64,000 nucleotides of DNA, taken from assembly GCA_039028875.1 (NCBI GenBank), contig JBCCHE010000018.1:9834-73833 (forward strand). Direction: 5' to 3'. Below are positions 61,415 through 64,000 of this stretch, piece after piece. The position numbers and the translations under genes were made by a program. The notes beneath the pieces were generated by a model. The model was not told the DNA's origin and ran no database searches. It saw only the letters and a list, made by a program, of their open reading frames with translations. How positions within the stretch are numbered: the first letter of the stretch is position 1; each line of letters begins with the position of its first letter. The stretch is from Myxococcota bacterium (GTDB lineage: Bacteria; Myxococcota_A; Polyangia; Polyangiales; Houyiibacteriaceae).

Positions 61415-62578
61415 TTAGGGTGCGAAGACGCGGGTGACGAGGGCGAAGGTTCCAACGGCTGCGCCCGCGAACGAGGTCCATTCGACAAGCGACGCGCTGC
61501 GGCCGCGGCGTCTCAGCCACCGGATCGCTGGCCAGGCGAGTGCAACGATGGCGAGCTGCCCGAGCTCGACGCCCACGTTGAACCCGAACAGCGCTTCGAC
61601 GAGCTGCGCGCGCGGAAGATCCTGTTCGAGCAGCACGCCTGAAAAGCCGAGCCCGTGTACGAAGCCGAAGAGACACGCCAGCGCCCAACGTAGTCGCCCT
61701 GCGCGATCGGAGACCCCAAGGAACCCGAAGTAGCACGCTGCGAAGAGTGCGAGCCCCCAAAACGCGGGCACGCGACCAACCGAGGCAGCCAACACGAACA
61801 GGGCTAGCATTCCGATCAGGACCCATCGCCCCCCGCGACTGCGTTCGGCCCCCACGTTCTCGACGGCAACCACCAGGATCGACGCGGCGATGATCGACTC
61901 GACGGCGCGGGGGTTTGGAACGATGGCACCGAGGGAGGCGGCCGCGAGGGTGATGCTGTGGCCCACGGTGAAGCCCGTGACGAGCAACACGACCTCACGG
62001 AGGCGGCTCGCGACGACGATCAGCAGAAGGAGGAACGCCAGGTGGTCCCAGCCACTCAGAATGTGCTCGACGCCAAGGCGCGCGTAGCTCAATACACCCG
62101 TGGGTTGCGCTACACCGGACGAGGCGAACGTCGCGGACGGCGTCGCGGACGACAGCACGACGTCGGTGCCGATGTCGCCCAGCATGGTCGCGAAATGCAC
62201 GTGGTTCGCGAGGCCCGCGAAGAGATCGCTTCGAATGGAAGTGGGTTCACCGTCACACGACACGCGCCACTCCACCCGCATCCAGCCCCGTTCGGCGGGC
62301 AGGACGGTCGAGGTTGCGTCGACGACCTCGCAGGGGCCCTGGTCGGTGCCGAGTCGCAGGTGCTCCTGCAAGTACGCGATGAAGGTCAACGAATCGAAGC
62401 CCCCGGCACGCACCCCTCGGGCTTCCGGAAGTGACGTGAGATCGAACCAGCTCACCTTCGCTTGCACCAAGGCGCCCTCGGCGAACGGAGTCCACTTGGA
62501 GTAAGAAACACTCTTCTGGTGGGCAGCTGCCGGTGCCGCGAACACCAAGCACAGCAAGGCCACGAGGAACCGATTCAC
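61415..62578 (-). CDS. HupE/UreJ-family membrane protein with N-terminal periplasmic extension
   Basis: ORF-track 61415..62578. Signal peptide LVFAAPAAAHQ. Family motifs HILSGWDHLAFLLLL, GFTVGHSITL and FVHGLGFSGVL. Confidence 0.8.
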   Translation of the reverse strand: MNRFLVALLCLVFAAPAAAHQKSVSYSKWTPFAEGALVQAKVSWFDLTSLPEARGVRAGGFDSLTFIAYLQEHLRLGTDQGPCEVVDATSTVLPAERGWMRVEWRVSCDGEPTSIRSDLFAGLANHVHFATMLGDIGTDVVLSSATPSATFASSGVAQPTGVLSYARLGVEHILSGWDHLAFLLLLIVVASRLREVVLLVTGFTVGHSITLAAASLGAIVPNPRAVESIIAASILVVAVENVGAERSRGGRWVLIGMLALFVLAASVGRVPAFWGLALFAACYFGFLGVSDRAGRLRWALACLFGFVHGLGFSGVLLEQDLPRAQLVEALFGFNVGVELGQLAIVALAWPAIRWLRRRGRSASLVEWTSFAGAAVGTFALVTRVFAP

Positions 62579-63312
62579 GGCCCACTCTCTCGTCGGATAT
62601 CGCTCGTTGCCCGGGCTCGATCGAGGAACGCGCGGACCGCCTCTTCGCCCTGGGCTCGAAGGTATGCGGCTCGAATCGCCTCTTTGGCTTCGTCGAAAGG
62701 CGCGACCCCTCCCCCTCGCCGCTCGAGCAACGTGAGGGTCCCGCCACGATCGAGCTCGAGGACGTCGCCAACCTGGAGCTCGGCAAGTTCTCGAGCAACG
62801 GTGGGGCCCAACCGCTGCGCGATCTCCCTCTCGATCAGGAAACCCTCTGGGAGCGGGAGTGCCGCGCCGTTCACGCGCACGCGGTACTGCGGGTTTCGCT
62901 CGAAGCGAAAACGCTCACGTTCGTAAAAGGACTCAAGCTCTTCGTCCGTGACTTCCTGTGCATCGTCTTCGGCCTGCCGAACGAGGAACTCGATCATGGC
63001 AGTCGCAAGCTGGTTGCGAAGTTGAGGGTCACGCTCGTGGAGTCCCAACTCGATCGCACGACCGACGAGTAGCTCCTGATCGATGAGGCGGCCGAGCACA
63101 CGCTCGCGATCGTCGTCGCGGAGGGTGCCGCCCTTTCGATCCGCAGCGACCGCCGCGAGGGCCCGTTCGTACGAGTCGCGGGAAACCGGGCGATCGTCCA
63201 CCCACACCACCACTTGAGCCATTGGAGGTGCCTCGTCCGGGACTCGAACGATCGACGCCACCGCCAGGGCACCTCCGACGACCATGCCAAGCGCCAACAG
63301 CCAGGTGCGCAT
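62575..63312 (-). CDS. SurA-N/parvulin-like chaperone (peptidyl-prolyl isomerase-like), membrane-anchored
   Basis: ORF-track 62575..63417. Start moved to ATG 63312 (MRTWLLALGMVVGGALAVASI), sharing one base with the upstream stop (TGATG). Its stop overlaps the HupE start (62575-62578). Confidence 0.55.
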   Translation of the reverse strand: MRTWLLALGMVVGGALAVASIVRVPDEAPPMAQVVVWVDDRPVSRDSYERALAAVAADRKGGTLRDDDRERVLGRLIDQELLVGRAIELGLHERDPQLRNQLATAMIEFLVRQAEDDAQEVTDEELESFYERERFRFERNPQYRVRVNGAALPLPEGFLIEREIAQRLGPTVARELAELQVGDVLELDRGGTLTLLERRGGGVAPFDEAKEAIRAAYLRAQGEEAVRAFLDRARATSDIRRESGP

Positions 63313-64000
63313 CAGGGGGCCTGGGGAGACAACAGGAAGATCGGCGAGGACCAAGCGCGCTCCTCGTTGTCGACGAGGCAGTCGTCGTTCTCCTCGGTAC
63401 GGTAGTTGCCGTAGCAAGGTTCGCAGGCTTCCCCTTGGCAGCGTAGTCCGCCGCCGTTGACCGTCGGGGTCGGCTCCTGAATAGCCCGCACGTAGTACAC
63501 GACGTCACGTCCGAGCGCCGTGTACGTGGGATCCTCGAAGTCGACCTTGCACAGCTCGTCCCCTTCCGGGCAGGGAATGCTGAGCCAAGGGTCCTCGATC
63601 AACTCGGCGACACGCTCGTCCTCGGTTTGTTGGCGCTGAATACGAATCACTTCGATCCGCGCGATGCGTCGACGTCGGTCACCCGGGTTGTAGCATTCGC
63701 CGGCACAGATCCTCTCGACCCGGGCTTCGCCGAGCGCGCGAACGACATCGGGCGGACACCCCGGCTTTTGCTCGAACGCCCCTGCCGCTCTCACGGTGAA
63801 CTTGGGGGTCTTGGAGAACGCGAGCTCACTCCCCATGTGACGCACCCCCTCGGGGCCGTTCTCGAGGTCGAACCACAACAAAATGCGATCGCCGGAGGTG
63901 CCGTACACATCGCGCTCCTGGAGCGCCTCCCAAATCGCTTCGCGGGTACGCGCCTGAGCGTGAACCGCGACCAGGCCTCCGGTAATGAAGAAAGATGCCT
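63312..64000 (-). CDS. DUF3604 family protein, C-terminal part (5' end outside window)
   Basis: ORF-track 63312..63908, but the frame stays open to base 64000 (FFITGGLVAVHAQARTREAIWEALQERDVYGTSG...). C-terminus ...ERAWSSPIFL is typical of the family. Confidence 0.75.
   Translation of the reverse strand, partial: ASFFITGGLVAVHAQARTREAIWEALQERDVYGTSGDRILLWFDLENGPEGVRHMGSELAFSKTPKFTVRAAGAFEQKPGCPPDVVRALGEARVERICAGECYNPGDRRRRIARIEVIRIQRQQTEDERVAELIEDPWLSIPCPEGDELCKVDFEDPTYTALGRDVVYYVRAIQEPTPTVNGGGLRCQGEACEPCYGNYRTEENDDCLVDNEERAWSSPIFLLSPQAP

Overview
High-GC (by eye about two-thirds G+C, not computed), gene-dense chromosomal segment. I call about 55 protein-coding genes and find no rRNA or tRNA genes, no CRISPR array, and no recognisable transposase, integrase or phage genes. 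The protein content points to a Myxococcota-like deltaproteobacterium (inference): MopE-like CDGxDNDCDG repeats, Myxococcus-type Cys-rich repeats, PEGA and AgmX/PglI-like domains, many lipoproteins with G/S/D-rich linkers after the lipobox Cys, and Planctomycete-type DUF1501/DUF1552/DUF1588 modules. Housekeeping anchors are ligA, a class-I aminotransferase, ppx, sixA, moaB, a HIT protein, Fe-SOD, enoyl-CoA hydratase, nitronate monooxygenase, and divergent phoD/phoX. The rest is mostly exported or envelope proteins and two-component signalling genes. I found no clear-cut defence, mobile or biosynthetic island. The best candidates for undescribed biology are: (1) an 8-gene minus-strand block (29107-37426) with two back-to-back Planctomycete-type DUF modules, one apparently split over four genes; (2) a 993-aa fusion of a flippase-like multi-TM domain with an LtaS/EptA-like Thr-nucleophile sulfatase-fold domain (40735-43716); (3) a REC-kinase-like protein whose phospho-acceptor His is Glu (27488-28624), downstream of a 440-bp leader carrying a CRP-consensus TGTGA-N6-TCACA site (7-bp arms) and a duplicated 12-mer; (4) a previously unnoticed 66-87-nt repeat family, with an inverted pair at 5548-5826 and a solo copy at 47196-47281, each copy abutting a start or stop codon; (5) a four-gene Cys-rich/PEGA envelope operon (21849-27048). 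Several strong palindromes sit in divergent promoter regions (18840, 40324, 59981-60028). All domain calls come from motif recognition by eye. No database search was run.
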